64,000 nt of DNA, taken from the NCBI GenBank assembly GCA_964484505.1, contig CAZAFB010000003.1, positions 37,044 to 101,043 of the forward strand, written 5' to 3'. Below are positions 1 through 12,172 of the stretch, piece after piece. Origin of the DNA: an uncultured Bdellovibrionales bacterium. Lineage in GTDB: Bacteria; Patescibacteriota; Minisyncoccia; Moranbacterales; GWC2-37-73. Within the stretch, counting starts at the first letter, position 1, and each line of letters begins with the position of its first letter. Both the position numbers and the translations under genes were made by a program. The notes beneath the pieces were generated by a model that saw only the letters and a list, made by a program, of their open reading frames with translations, made no database searches and was not told the DNA's origin.

Positions 1-843
1 TCTACCGAAGCTCAACAACAAAATGTAGAAACTACTCAAGAGATTTCGCACGAGCCGACTATCTTTGCGGAGCCGATTTTTCACGTGGGAAGCTTCACTA
101 TTACCAATTCTTTGATTATGAGCTGGGTTACTGTCGCTATTTTGGCGACTTTTTTTGTGCTTGTTGGAAAGAATCTCAAGAAGGTTCCGGGAAAGTTGCA
201 AACCGTTTTTGAAATCATTTTGGAACAAGCGCTGAATATGGCTGACACGGTCACGGGAGAAAGAAAAAAAACCTTGCGTTTTCTGCCGATTGCCCTGACC
301 CTTTTCTTGTTCATCTTGGTCAATAATTGGCTGGGACTTTTGCCGGGAGTCGGCACTATCGGTTTCAACGAAGTTGAGGAAGGACATCATGTTTTCGTGC
401 CGCTTCTGCGCGGCGGAACGGCCGATCTTAACACGACTTTGGCGTTTGCACTTTTCACGGTTATTGCGTCGCATATTTTCGGAGTGATTACAATCGGAGT
501 TTGGCATCATCTGAACAAATTCATCAATATTAAAGCGATTGCGGAGATACCAAAGAAAGTTAAAAAGGATCCGACGATTGTGATGGTGAATCCTATCAAA
601 GTGTTTGTTGGCTTGATTGAGGTGGTGAGCGAGATTGCAAAAGTCGCATCGTTGAGCCTTCGACTTTTTGGAAATATTTTTGCCGGGGAAGTTTTGCTTG
701 CCTCGATGATGGCTATTTTTGCATACCTGCTGCCACTGCCGTTCATGTTTTTGGAAATCATCGTGGGAATCGTGCAGGCATTGGTATTTGCGATTTTGAC
801 ACTGGCGTTTTTGAGCATAGCAACGACGGCGGAAGAACATTAA
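1..843 (+). CDS. atpB: F0F1 ATP synthase subunit a (5' end outside window)
   Basis: Frame is open from base 1; motifs GGTADLNTT, SLSLRLFGNIFAGE, QALVFAILT; first gene of atp operon. Confidence 0.97.
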   Translation, partial: STEAQQQNVETTQEISHEPTIFAEPIFHVGSFTITNSLIMSWVTVAILATFFVLVGKNLKKVPGKLQTVFEIILEQALNMADTVTGERKKTLRFLPIALTLFLFILVNNWLGLLPGVGTIGFNEVEEGHHVFVPLLRGGTADLNTTLAFALFTVIASHIFGVITIGVWHHLNKFINIKAIAEIPKKVKKDPTIVMVNPIKVFVGLIEVVSEIAKVASLSLRLFGNIFAGEVLLASMMAIFAYLLPLPFMFLEIIVGIVQALVFAILTLAFLSIATTAEEH

Positions 844-844
844 A

Positions 845-938
845 AGAACCACTGATTAGCACATGAACACACATGATTTCACTGATATAAATACAAATCA
901 TGTGTAATCAGGATAATCAAGTGTTAATCAGTGGTTCT
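845..938. mobile_element. Empty (gene-less) TIR mini-element, family A
   Basis: AGAACCACTGATTAGCAC...GTGTTAATCAGTGGTTCT (17/18 inverted repeat); same arms flank the GxxExxY gene at 15123-15608. Confidence 0.85.
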
Positions 939-997
939 GATAATTAATTTAACGCATACACTATTTCTGCTCCCAAAACGAGAGAAAGCAGGGATAA

Positions 998-1237
<240 letters not shown>

Positions 1238-1310
1238 GTGTTTTCTTACGACTTCTTGTTTATTGCAGGAAGTCGGAATGAGGGCAATTATAAAAATATT
1301 TTGAGAAAAA

Positions 1311-1374
1311 GAACAATGAACAAAGAACAGTGAACAGAGATATTGTTCATTGATCACTGTTCATTGATCACTGA
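1311..1374. repeat. Imperfect palindrome of 7-nt units (GAACAnn x4 / TG(T/A)TCA(T/C) x4)
   Basis: gaacaat gaacaaa gaacagt gaacaga ... tgttcat tgatcac tgttcat tgatcac, directly before the atpF ATG. Confidence 0.8.
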
Positions 1375-1378
1375 TTTT

Positions 1379-1867
1379 ATGGAAGAATTAATAAAAACAT
1401 TTCACATCGATTGGAAACTGATCATTGCGCAATTGGTTAATTTCGCCATTGTGCTTTTCGTGCTGTATAAATTCGCCTATGGTCCGATGATGAAATTGAT
1501 GGACGAGCGTACGAAAAAGATCGACAAGGGACTCAAAGATGCTGAAAACTCACACAAAAAACTTCAGGAAATCGCCGAAAAGGAAAAGGCCGTATTGGTT
1601 GAAGCGAGAAAGCAAGCGCAGGAAATAGTTGCCAAGGCCGAGGCTGCCGCATCAAAGACCAAAGATGAAATTATTGCCGAATCAAAACAGCAGGCGCAAA
1701 AGATTTTGGACGACACTGCCAAAAAGATCGAAATGGAAAAGAACCAAATGCTCGCAGAAGTGAAAACGCAAGTCGCGGAATTGGTGGTTGCAGCGACAGG
1801 GAAGGTTATTGATGAGAAGGTGGACGGGGAGAAGGATAGAAAAATAATTGAAGGAGTGTTGGGATAG
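1379..1867 (+). CDS. atpF: ATP synthase subunit b
   Basis: N-terminal TM (IAQLVNFAIVLFVLYKFAY) plus long coiled coil; operon position. Confidence 0.96.
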   Translation: MEELIKTFHIDWKLIIAQLVNFAIVLFVLYKFAYGPMMKLMDERTKKIDKGLKDAENSHKKLQEIAEKEKAVLVEARKQAQEIVAKAEAAASKTKDEIIAESKQQAQKILDDTAKKIEMEKNQMLAEVKTQVAELVVAATGKVIDEKVDGEKDRKIIEGVLG

Positions 1868-1890
1868 ACTAGTATAATCGATTATTTTAT

Positions 1891-2010
1891 AATTTCAAAT
1901 TCACCAAATTACCTAATTCACCTAATAAAATTTCAAATGACCAAATATTTAGCATTTATGAATTTGGCATTTTATTAGGTGAATTAGATGAATTAGAAAT
2001 TAGGAATTTG
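1891..2010. repeat. Imperfect palindrome, family C (CACCTAATT / AATTAG(G/A)TG units)
   Basis: Left arm tcaccaaattacctaattcacctaataaaa, right arm ttttattaggtgaattagatgaattag; second copy at 7065-7213. Confidence 0.85.
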
Positions 2011-2015
2011 TTACA

Positions 2016-2417
2016 ATGAAAATCACCACCAAACAATACGCGCAAACATTACTTGACCTGACGGAAAATAAATCCGAGCAGGAGGTTTCTGCTATTGTTC
2101 AAAAATTTGCCGCAGTGTTGAAAAATGACGGGCAGCTCAAAAATGCGGGGAAGATTATGGAAAAGTTTTCGCAGTTGTATAATGCAAAGCACGAGATCGT
2201 TGAAGCGGAAGTGATAACAAGATTTGAAATGGGAGATGTCGAATTGAAAAAGATTGAGGATTTTATTGAGGAAAAATATAAGGCTGAAAAAGTTGAAATA
2301 AGAAATGTTGTTGATGAGAAGATTAAGGGAGGGATTGTGATAAAAGTTGGGGATGAAGTGATTGATGGGTCGGTAAGCGCACAGTTAAAAAAATTGAAGA
2401 GGGAGTTGGTAAAATAA
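2016..2417 (+). CDS. atpH: ATP synthase subunit delta (short form)
   Basis: C-terminal IKGGIVIKVGDEVIDGSV OSCP/delta motif. Confidence 0.93.
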   Translation: MKITTKQYAQTLLDLTENKSEQEVSAIVQKFAAVLKNDGQLKNAGKIMEKFSQLYNAKHEIVEAEVITRFEMGDVELKKIEDFIEEKYKAEKVEIRNVVDEKIKGGIVIKVGDEVIDGSVSAQLKKLKRELVK

Positions 2418-2420
2418 ATC

Positions 2421-2512
2421 AGAACCACTGATTAGCACATGATTTTTCTGATTACACATGATTGATTTTTATCAGTGAAATCATGTGTGTTCATGTGATA
2501 ATCAGTGGTTTG
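2421..2512. mobile_element. Empty TIR mini-element, family A, inverted relative to 845-938
   Basis: Near reverse complement of 845-938 along its whole length. Confidence 0.85.
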
Positions 2513-2546
2513 GAATGACAGAAAGAGAAGTTCTTTTGAAAAAAAT

Positions 2547-2583
2547 AAACGTCCGCATTCCAGCTTTCCGGAATGGGACGTTT
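2547..2583 (-). terminator. Putative intrinsic terminator for the antisense small ORF
   Basis: aaacgtcc-gcattcc...ggaatg-ggacgttt hairpin followed by a T-run on the minus strand. Confidence 0.55.
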
Positions 2584-2608
2584 ACATAACAGGACGATCT
2601 TGCTATCG

Positions 2609-2770
2609 CTAGTCTGTCAAAAACCTATACTTTGCGAGAAGACGGAAAGCTGATGCAATGATCAATGTGAGGACAACGGTAGTCACGCATGTTTGAATGT
2701 GGGATCCGGTTGAAAGGTAGATTGATGGTGAAACTGTGGTGCTTATCGCTACTCCTCGTAGCAGGTTCAT
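2609..2770 (-). CDS. Small hypothetical membrane protein (53 aa), antisense to the atp operon
   Basis: GGGAGG SD just before the ATG at 2770, upstream promoter, hydrophobic C-terminal half. Confidence 0.5.
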   Translation of the reverse strand: MNLLRGVAISTTVSPSIYLSTGSHIQTCVTTVVLTLIIASAFRLLAKYRFLTD

Positions 2771-2820
2771 GGTTTCCTCCCTATGGTGCGTGTATAGTAG
2801 TTGAACATTGTCAACCGTCA

Positions 2821-2849
2821 ACTATACACCCAAATTAACAATTTGTCAA
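2821..2849 (-). promoter_or_regulatory. Sigma70-type promoter TTGACA-N17-TATAGT
   Basis: Reverse complement of actatacacccaaattaacaatttgtcaa. Confidence 0.65.
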
Positions 2850-2920
2850 CCATCGAATTCTGATTATTGCATTATTGCCTTAAATAAGCCATAATTTAGT
2901 AATGAGGATTTAATTAAAAA

Positions 2921-3010
2921 ACAGAAAGATACAGAATGAAGCAGAAAGACACAGAAATCATAAATTCCGTGTAGCTGTGTTATTCCGTAGTAAATCTGTG
3001 TAATTCCGTG
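2921..3010. repeat. Imperfect palindrome, family D (CAGAA / TTC(C/T)GT units)
   Basis: acagaaagatacagaatgaagcagaaagacacagaa ... ttccgtgtagctgtgttattccgtagtaaatctgtgtaattccgtg; related copy at 36648-36722. Confidence 0.75.
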
Positions 3011-3016
3011 AAATAT

Positions 3017-4522
3017 ATGAACAAAGACTACATCATTGATCAATTAAAAAAACAGATCGAAGGCTTCAAGACTGAGGCGACAACTGAGCAGGTTGGGAAA
3101 GTTATTGAGGTGGGAGACGGAGTGGCACGCATCTCGGGTCTTAGCAATCTTATGGCCTCAGAGATGGTAGAGTTCCCGAATGGGGAAATCGGCGTGGCGC
3201 TTAATCTTGAAGAAGATCGCGTCGGTGCGATGGTGCTTGGTGATTATCTCGGTATCAAAGAGGGCGATGAAGTGAAAGCGACCGGTAAAATACTTTCCAT
3301 CCCGGTCGGTGAAGGAATGATTGGACGTGTGATTGATCCGCTTGGAGCACCAGTAGATGGCAAGGGTGATATAAAATCAGATGCATATTATCCAGTAGAG
3401 AAGATTGCTCCCGGCGTAATTACTCGTAAGTCGGTGCATCAACCGGTGCAAACCGGTATCAAAGCGATCGATGCCTTGATTCCAATCGGACGTGGACAGC
3501 GTGAATTGATCATCGGCGATCGTCAGACTGGAAAGACTGCTGTGGCGATTGATACCATCATCAACCAGAAAGGGCAGAACATGAAATGTATCTATGTTGC
3601 GATCGGGCAGAAGGAATCGAAAATTGCCAGAATTTTGGGCGAACTTGAAAAGAACGGTGCGATGGAATATACGACAATTGTTGTGGCTGGCGCTTCGGAC
3701 AGTGCGGCTCTTTCCTACATTGCTCCTTATTCAGGTTGTGCACTCGGTGAATATTTTATGGACAAAGGTGAGGACGTGCTTATTGTGTTTGATGATCTTT
3801 CCCGCCATGCATGGGCATATCGTCAAATTTCTTTGATCTTGAAACGCCCACCAGGACGCGAGGCATATCCGGGAGATGTTTTCTATTTGCACTCACGCCT
3901 TTTGGAGCGCTCTGCTAAGCTTAATGAAAATTTCGGCGGCGGTTCGATGACAGCGCTGCCGATCATTGAAACGCAGGCAGGTGACGTATCCGCATATATT
4001 CCGACCAATGTTATTTCCATTACTGACGGACAAATTTTCTTGGAAACGGATTTGTTCTACAAAGGAGTACGTCCGGCATTAAATGTGGGTATTTCCGTTT
4101 CACGTGTGGGAGGAGATGCACAGATCAAAGCGATGAAGAAAGTTGCCGGAAAACTCAAATTGGAACTTGCACAGTTCCGCGAACTCGAAGCGTTTGCGCA
4201 ATTCGGATCCGATCTTGATGAAAAAACTCGCATCCAGATTGAACGCGGACGCCGCACAGTGGAAGTTTTGAAGCAAGGACAATATGAACCGATGGCAGTT
4301 GAACACCAAGTGGCTATTCTCTATGCTCTCATAAACGGCTTCATGGATGATGTGGCAATAGATAAAATTAAGGAATGGGAAAATGACTTCCATAAATATC
4401 TCGACACGCAAGCGAAAGAAGTCTTGTCGCTAATTACCGAAAAGAAAGAATTGAGCGAGGAAGTTGTGGCGGCACTGGAGAAAGCGATTAAGGAGTTTAA
4501 AGAGATATATCAAACGAATTAA
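3017..4522 (+). CDS. atpA: ATP synthase subunit alpha
   Basis: GDRQTGKT P-loop, [14 protein letters not shown]. Confidence 0.99.
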   Translation: MNKDYIIDQLKKQIEGFKTEATTEQVGKVIEVGDGVARISGLSNLMASEMVEFPNGEIGVALNLEEDRVGAMVLGDYLGIKEGDEVKATGKILSIPVGEGMIGRVIDPLGAPVDGKGDIKSDAYYPVEKIAPGVITRKSVHQPVQTGIKAIDALIPIGRGQRELIIGDRQTGKTAVAIDTIINQKGQNMKCIYVAIGQKESKIARILGELEKNGAMEYTTIVVAGASDSAALSYIAPYSGCALGEYFMDKGEDVLIVFDDLSRHAWAYRQISLILKRPPGREAYPGDVFYLHSRLLERSAKLNENFGGGSMTALPIIETQAGDVSAYIPTNVISITDGQIFLETDLFYKGVRPALNVGISVSRVGGDAQIKAMKKVAGKLKLELAQFRELEAFAQFGSDLDEKTRIQIERGRRTVEVLKQGQYEPMAVEHQVAILYALINGFMDDVAIDKIKEWENDFHKYLDTQAKEVLSLITEKKELSEEVVAALEKAIKEFKEIYQTN

Positions 4523-4600
4523 CACGAATTGATGACGAATGAAAACGAATCACGAATTCGTGTTTCGTGGAAATTCGTTCATACATTCGTGAAAATTTGT
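4513..4600. repeat. Imperfect palindrome, family E (ACGAAT / ATTCGT units), overlapping the atpA stop
   Basis: Five ACGAAT units followed by four TTCGT units. Confidence 0.85.
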
Positions 4601-4608
4601 CAAAAATA

Positions 4609-7003
<2,395 letters not shown>

Positions 7004-7064
7004 GTTGGATAAAATAATTAAGCGTATTTATTAAAAACGCTAAATTTATAATCAGTGTATTTTG

Positions 7065-7213
7065 AATTCAAAATTCACCTAATTGCCTAATTCACCTAAT
7101 AAAATTTCAAATAATCAAATAAGACATATTTTAGATATTTGTGAATTTGGCATTTTATTAGATGAATTAGGTGAATTAGAAATTTGGTGAATTTGTAAAA
7201 ATGAATTTGGAAT
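7065..7213. repeat. Imperfect palindrome, family C, copy 2
   Basis: Shares cctaattcacctaataaaatttcaaat and gaatttggcattttatta with 1891-2010. Confidence 0.85.
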
Positions 7214-7225
7214 TATAAACTTTAT

Positions 7226-7666
7226 ATGTCCGGACAAAAAATCAAATTCAAAATTGTTACTCCCGAAAAAACCGTCTTTGAGTCCGAAATTGACCAAGCC
7301 ACTTTACCCGTGACCGACGGGGAGGTGACTATTTTGCCGAATCATCGAAGCTATATTGCTTCGCTTAAGGCTGGTGAAATCATGCTTAAAACTGGTGGCA
7401 AAGAGACCTTGATGGCGACATCGGGTGGTTTTGTGGAATTTTCCAGCAATACATTGGTAGTGCTTGCGGATACGGCCGAGGCTGCAGGAGAAATAGATAT
7501 CAAAAGAGCGGAGGAAGCTATCAAACGTGCCGAAGAGCTTAAGAAAGAAAGAGTTACGATGGATGACATGGAATATGCACGCGTGGCGGCAGCGATCGAA
7601 AAAGAAACAGCGCGTATCAAAGTGGCGAGAAAACATAGGACGAAGCATAATATACAAATCGATTAA
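7226..7666 (+). CDS. atpC: ATP synthase subunit epsilon
   Basis: KIVTPEK, GEVTILPNH, SGGFVE, LADTAE. Confidence 0.96.
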   Translation: MSGQKIKFKIVTPEKTVFESEIDQATLPVTDGEVTILPNHRSYIASLKAGEIMLKTGGKETLMATSGGFVEFSSNTLVVLADTAEAAGEIDIKRAEEAIKRAEELKKERVTMDDMEYARVAAAIEKETARIKVARKHRTKHNIQID

Positions 7667-7669
7667 CCC

Positions 7670-7808
7670 TACAAATCTACAAATCAATTACCCGCATACC
7701 GGCGAGGCAGGCAAATATACAAATGTGCAAATACAGAAACTAGCGTTTTTGATAACGTTTATGATGTGTTTGTAAATTTGTATATTTGTATAAATTTGTA
7801 ATTTGTAG
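7670..7808. repeat. Imperfect palindrome, family F (ACAAAT / ATTTGT units), with a nested GC-rich mini-palindrome at 7691-7712
   Basis: tacaaatctacaaat...atttgtatatttgtataaatttgtaatttgtag; related copy at 21940-22078. Confidence 0.8.
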
Positions 7809-7818
7809 AACTAAAAAT

Positions 7819-8265
7819 ATGAAAATTCCCTTCAAATTTAAAAACATCCACAGTTGTGAAGCGGTAGTGCTCACTTGCATCGACTTCCGCTTTTGGCGGG
7901 AAACGCTGGAATTCATTGAACAAGAATTGAAACTTACGACATTTGATTTCCCTTCTCTTCCAGGTAGTGCAAAAGCTATTAATGAGTGTGTGAAGAATGG
8001 CGATTTGGCTATGTCTTGCATAAGCGTTCCTTGTGACCTGCACCACGCTAAAAAAATTGTGATTGTGAATCATGAGGATTGTGGTGCCTATGGTGGCTCG
8101 AAAAAATTTGAAGGCGACAAGATTGCGGAGCAGGCTTTTCATGAAATGGAATTGCGCAAAGCCAAGGACGCGATTTTGAGCAAATATCCGGAAAAAGAGG
8201 TAGTTTTAGTTTATGTAAAATTGGTTGATGATGGTGAAACTATAGAATTTGTGGGGGTTGACTAG
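7819..8265 (+). CDS. Putative beta-type carbonic anhydrase-like protein
   Basis: Zn-ligand motifs CIDFR and HEDCGAY. Confidence 0.8.
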   Translation: MKIPFKFKNIHSCEAVVLTCIDFRFWRETLEFIEQELKLTTFDFPSLPGSAKAINECVKNGDLAMSCISVPCDLHHAKKIVIVNHEDCGAYGGSKKFEGDKIAEQAFHEMELRKAKDAILSKYPEKEVVLVYVKLVDDGETIEFVGVD

Positions 8266-8364
8266 ACATCGATTTCGTGTATAATATTTAGGCTGTTTGC
8301 TTCTAGCATGCAGCCTTTATTGTTTCGAGAGTTCTTTTAACCCCAGCAAAAGGAGGATACAAAG

Positions 8365-8640
8365 TTGAACATTATTGAAGATGGAAAGAAGAGAGTGGTA
8401 ATTTTCTGTTTCAATGGAACCGAATACGGTCCTGTTGTCAGGAAAGAAATGGAAGTATTGGGTTTCTCTGTTATGATGTACTATGAAAATGCCGCACCGG
8501 AAGTTATCATGGCTGCAATTGAACAATTGCATCCCGTGGATAATCTCGATGTGGGCTTCGTGGTCGTATATCACAAAAAAATGGGAAAAAAATCGCTCCT
8601 TTTAAGAAGGAGTGTGAGGGAAAAAAAGTTGTTTTTGTGA
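8365..8640 (+). CDS. Hypothetical protein
   Basis: AGGAGG SD before a TTG start; promoter TTGACT(8258)-N16-TATAAT(8280). Confidence 0.5.
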   Translation: MNIIEDGKKRVVIFCFNGTEYGPVVRKEMEVLGFSVMMYYENAAPEVIMAAIEQLHPVDNLDVGFVVVYHKKMGKKSLLLRRSVREKKLFL

Positions 8641-8784
8641 GTACGAACGCCAGTAAATAGAATTTTGGCGTTCAAATTGGGGCGTGGTTTGAAAACAGAC
8701 CGCGCTCTTTTATTTTTTTCAAAAAGTGTTGTATAATTAAAATAACTTAAAACTTTCGAAATAAAAACTATAAACAAAAATATG

Positions 8785-8912
8785 CCCGGTAGTGAAAATT
8801 CAAAAATAATCGCAGGAGCACGAAATTTTTGTATTATTGAATAAATTTTTAAATAAAAAATAAACAAATGAAATACTTTTGGGCAAAGCCCATTTGAATT
8901 TCTACTACCGGG
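8785..8912. mobile_element. MITE (family H) with CCCGGTAGT...ACTACCGGG ends and TATG direct repeats
   Basis: TATG at 8781-8784 and 8913-8916; second copy at 47857-47985. Confidence 0.85.
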
Positions 8913-8913
8913 T

Positions 8914-10017
8914 ATGGAAACAACAAAAAAAATTCTTAAGATTGCTTTGATTATCATCATTGCGATTGTTTTGGCGTTCGCATTACTTCTGGCTTTGCGT
9001 GTTGCCAAAAACGAGAAGGGCGGTTCGCAAACGGGATATGATTCCGCTGGAACAATGCCGATGTCGATAGACGCGGGCAGAAGCATGATGGGCATTGAAA
9101 ACGGCGAAGGGATGGCTGATTTCAATATGCCAAACCCTGCATTGCAAGAAAGTGCTGCGATGCCTGCGCAGAAAGGAGAAGTTGTGGCGAGAGATGTGCA
9201 AGTCGCAGAGAAAAAAATCATCAAAGACGGATATATAAATGCCCAAGTGGATAATGCTGACAATGCAGCCAGGGATATTTCCGGAATTGCCAAACGTTTG
9301 GGCGGTGATGTCGAATCGATGAATTTCCGCAAGACCGCACAGAACGTAAAAAGCGGCACGATTGTCGTACGTGTTCCGTTTATCAATTTCGATACGGCTT
9401 TTGAAGAAATCAAGCAAGTTGCAACATTGGTCAGGAGCGAATCGGCTAATGCGCAAGATGTGACCAGTCAAGTTGCCGATTTGGAAGCTCGCCTCAAAAA
9501 CAAGCAGGCTGAAGAAGAATCTTTTCAGCAAATTTTGGATAATACGAACGGCAAGACCGAAGATGTTTTGATGGTAACGCAAGAACTATCTCGCGTACGC
9601 GGGGAAATTGAACAACTTGAAGCGCAGAAGAAATATCTTGCATCGCAAACGGATATGTCCACGATCACGGCAAATATTTCCGAAGATGTGACGGTTGGCA
9701 CCGCGACCTCCTGGAGGCCATGGCAGATTGCCAAGACTGAATTCGCCAGCATGCTTAAAGATTTGCAAAAATTGATTGGAGCATTGATTGTGATTGTTGT
9801 TCGTCTCACTCCGATACTCCTGGTGTTTATTCTGTTCTTCCTGATTGTTTTTTGGGTAGTGAAAGCTATTATTAAATCAATTTTTTGGAAAAAGAAGCAA
9901 AAGGAGATGCAACAAAAAACAGAAGAACCGATAACTCCTGCTGGCCCTGAGTCGATAAAGAAAGCTCCACGCACAAGAACGATAGCTGCAAGACGTATTA
10001 TTTCACGAAAAAAGTAA
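8914..10017 (+). CDS. DUF4349-like membrane protein
   Basis: N-terminal TM; VRVP...DVT..V.DLEARL..K...E.....L and VRGEIEQLE...YL pattern; C-terminal TM. Confidence 0.8.
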   Translation: METTKKILKIALIIIIAIVLAFALLLALRVAKNEKGGSQTGYDSAGTMPMSIDAGRSMMGIENGEGMADFNMPNPALQESAAMPAQKGEVVARDVQVAEKKIIKDGYINAQVDNADNAARDISGIAKRLGGDVESMNFRKTAQNVKSGTIVVRVPFINFDTAFEEIKQVATLVRSESANAQDVTSQVADLEARLKNKQAEEESFQQILDNTNGKTEDVLMVTQELSRVRGEIEQLEAQKKYLASQTDMSTITANISEDVTVGTATSWRPWQIAKTEFASMLKDLQKLIGALIVIVVRLTPILLVFILFFLIVFWVVKAIIKSIFWKKKQKEMQQKTEEPITPAGPESIKKAPRTRTIAARRIISRKK

Positions 10018-10066
10018 CTCGCCAATGCAGAGCTAATCAAGAGCGAATAGGTGTTAATTTATATAA

Positions 10067-10091
10067 GAGCGGGTGATGAGCCCGCTTTTTT
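10067..10091 (+). terminator. Intrinsic terminator
   Basis: gagcggg-tgatgag-cccgctt followed by a T-run. Confidence 0.75.
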
Positions 10092-10396
10092 ACTCGCTCT
10101 TACAAAATGTATGTTTTCAAGACGGTCGTCATCTCAGCATAAGTTATAATTTATAAGCTGAGCGGGATATTAAGTATCCAAACTGGGCATTTATGTCTGA
10201 ACAGGAAGTGTGCTGAAATTGCAGTGTTGAATTTGACCTTATTATAGCCAAAAATCAAGCTACCATTGACTTTTTGGCTTTTTTGTGCTAAAATAGATGG
10301 TCATGGGATTGTCCCGTGGCGTGTATTATATCAAAGGTCATTTGGACTTAGCCAAAGGGCCTCGGGTCCTTTGAAAACTAAATATGGAGGTGGGTT

Positions 10397-11080
10397 ATGG
10401 CAATCGCCAAGTTTATGCTCGAAGCTTTGGGCGAGGGAGCTTTCCTGCAGGTTTTAAAGAAAGCATGGGGTTGGGCAAAGAAAATATGGCTTGCCTTTGG
10501 AATTGGAGCTAGTGCAAAGGATGAAATTTCCAAGCGACTGGTTGGTTCGAAAGGTTGGGAAGATGAAAATTTCTTTGCGCTTGATCTTGCGGAGGCTAAC
10601 CTTTCCGCGGATAAGAAAAAAATGATTTGCGATGCGGTAAGAATGGTTGAACAATATGATGATGTTTCTGGCACTCAATGGGCCAAAAACTTTCGCATAA
10701 TTGTGACCATTCGAGACAGAGAGCCAAGTCCTGCTGGAATAAGGTCTGGTACAATTATTCTTCAAGATCTTGGCTCGACTTGCAATAGTGTGCAAGAAGT
10801 TTTTTGTCATATTATTGCATTTGGTATTTCTCAAGACCCTTCTTCGACATTGGAGAAGTTTATAAATTTTTCCAAAACTTCCGTTTGGCCATTTATTAGT
10901 GAAAAGGCGGGCGGAGTTCGCGATGCTCTTGATTCTGGCGTAACAAGGCTGGAAAATTTGCGGCGTGACATCGAGGAAGATGAAAGAACTGAAATGATAA
11001 GGGTAAGCCGTATAGCTGATCCTAAGAAAAGGGTAGTTGCAAAAGCTTGGAATTGGCTATCAAAATACATTTTCAACTAA
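10397..11080 (+). CDS. Hypothetical protein
   Basis: 227-aa ORF, GGAGG SD, promoter TTGACT(10266)-N17-TAAAAT. Confidence 0.7.
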   Translation: MAIAKFMLEALGEGAFLQVLKKAWGWAKKIWLAFGIGASAKDEISKRLVGSKGWEDENFFALDLAEANLSADKKKMICDAVRMVEQYDDVSGTQWAKNFRIIVTIRDREPSPAGIRSGTIILQDLGSTCNSVQEVFCHIIAFGISQDPSSTLEKFINFSKTSVWPFISEKAGGVRDALDSGVTRLENLRRDIEEDERTEMIRVSRIADPKKRVVAKAWNWLSKYIFN

Positions 11081-11095
11081 TAAAAGGAGGCTGTC

Positions 11096-12172
11096 ATGAT
11101 AGGAAGATTTTTTGCAACGATGTTTTTTTTGGCCAACAGGGAAGTAGAAAGGATGCGCAGGTGTTTGGTTGCAGTGTTTTTCGCAACCATTCTCGGCACT
11201 ATCCCAATCCTGCTTTTTCACCCGAAAATCGGTGTTTGTTTGTGGATAACTCTCGTGCCGCTGATTTTCTCGGCGTACAAACTTTTTTCCATCCGCCGCT
11301 TTATCTTTGCCGATATCGCTGGCGAGGTTTTGGAAGCGCTTCATATGCGGGTTGATGATCCGGCGAATCCAAATCCATCGACTAGTATAGTTGACAATAA
11401 GTTCATCCGAATTTATTTGTCGATAATCTCTGGCATTTTTGCCGCTCAAGTGGGATTATTCCTGCTTCTCCCGCTCTATGTTAATTATACAGTGGGAGGG
11501 TTCACTGCACTGATTCTTATTGCCATGATTTCGGCACTGATGATTATTGCAAGCCACGGATTTTTTGCCAGGACATACATGGCACTCGCGGGAATCGCTT
11601 GTGTTGTATATGTGATTGGGCTGGTGCTGTATCTGTTTCCGCAGATATCGTACTACTTGCCACTCAGTAGAATTAATGTTATATCCGTTTCGTCTGCCAA
11701 AATCATTCGAGAAACGGATGAGTTGCGCAAGCAACAAATTGAGACCCTTAACAACGGCAGGTTAAGGGCCATAATGGAATGGCAACGTGAAAATCCTACA
11801 AAGGACTTGCCTGAAGAATATAAGCAAGTCCAAGAAGCTGCGGGAAAAGGGGTGACCGTCGAGCAGTATTGGCAGCAAAAAGCTGTGGCGGCAGAAACTG
11901 CTAAGAAAGCAGCGGAAAAGGCTGATGCTGATCGAAAATTGGCTGAGGCTAAGGCCAAGGCTGATCGGGAGGATATTGAGAGGGAGGCGGCGAAGATCGA
12001 GCAGGAAAGAAACGCCGCCAAAAACCCAATCCAGGAGACGCCGGAAGAACTTCGGCGTCGCCTGAAGGCCATCCAAAGGGCGAAGGAATTGAGGCCCGGC
12101 CCTGATGGTTTATACCATATCGGGGGCGGGGTTCCGCAACCGAAACCTCCTGTAGCAGTGTATGTAGATTAA
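11096..12172 (+). CDS. Hypothetical multi-TM protein with Ala/Lys/Glu-rich coiled-coil tail
   Basis: AGGAGG SD; about five hydrophobic segments; AAETAKKAAEKADAD tail. Confidence 0.75.
   Translation: MIGRFFATMFFLANREVERMRRCLVAVFFATILGTIPILLFHPKIGVCLWITLVPLIFSAYKLFSIRRFIFADIAGEVLEALHMRVDDPANPNPSTSIVDNKFIRIYLSIISGIFAAQVGLFLLLPLYVNYTVGGFTALILIAMISALMIIASHGFFARTYMALAGIACVVYVIGLVLYLFPQISYYLPLSRINVISVSSAKIIRETDELRKQQIETLNNGRLRAIMEWQRENPTKDLPEEYKQVQEAAGKGVTVEQYWQQKAVAAETAKKAAEKADADRKLAEAKAKADREDIEREAAKIEQERNAAKNPIQETPEELRRRLKAIQRAKELRPGPDGLYHIGGGVPQPKPPVAVYVD

Noticed and set aside
8782-8844. Upstream in-frame ATG extending the DUF4349 gene through the MITE
   Set aside because: A TAA after 20 codons closes the frame, and the greA copy is out of frame.
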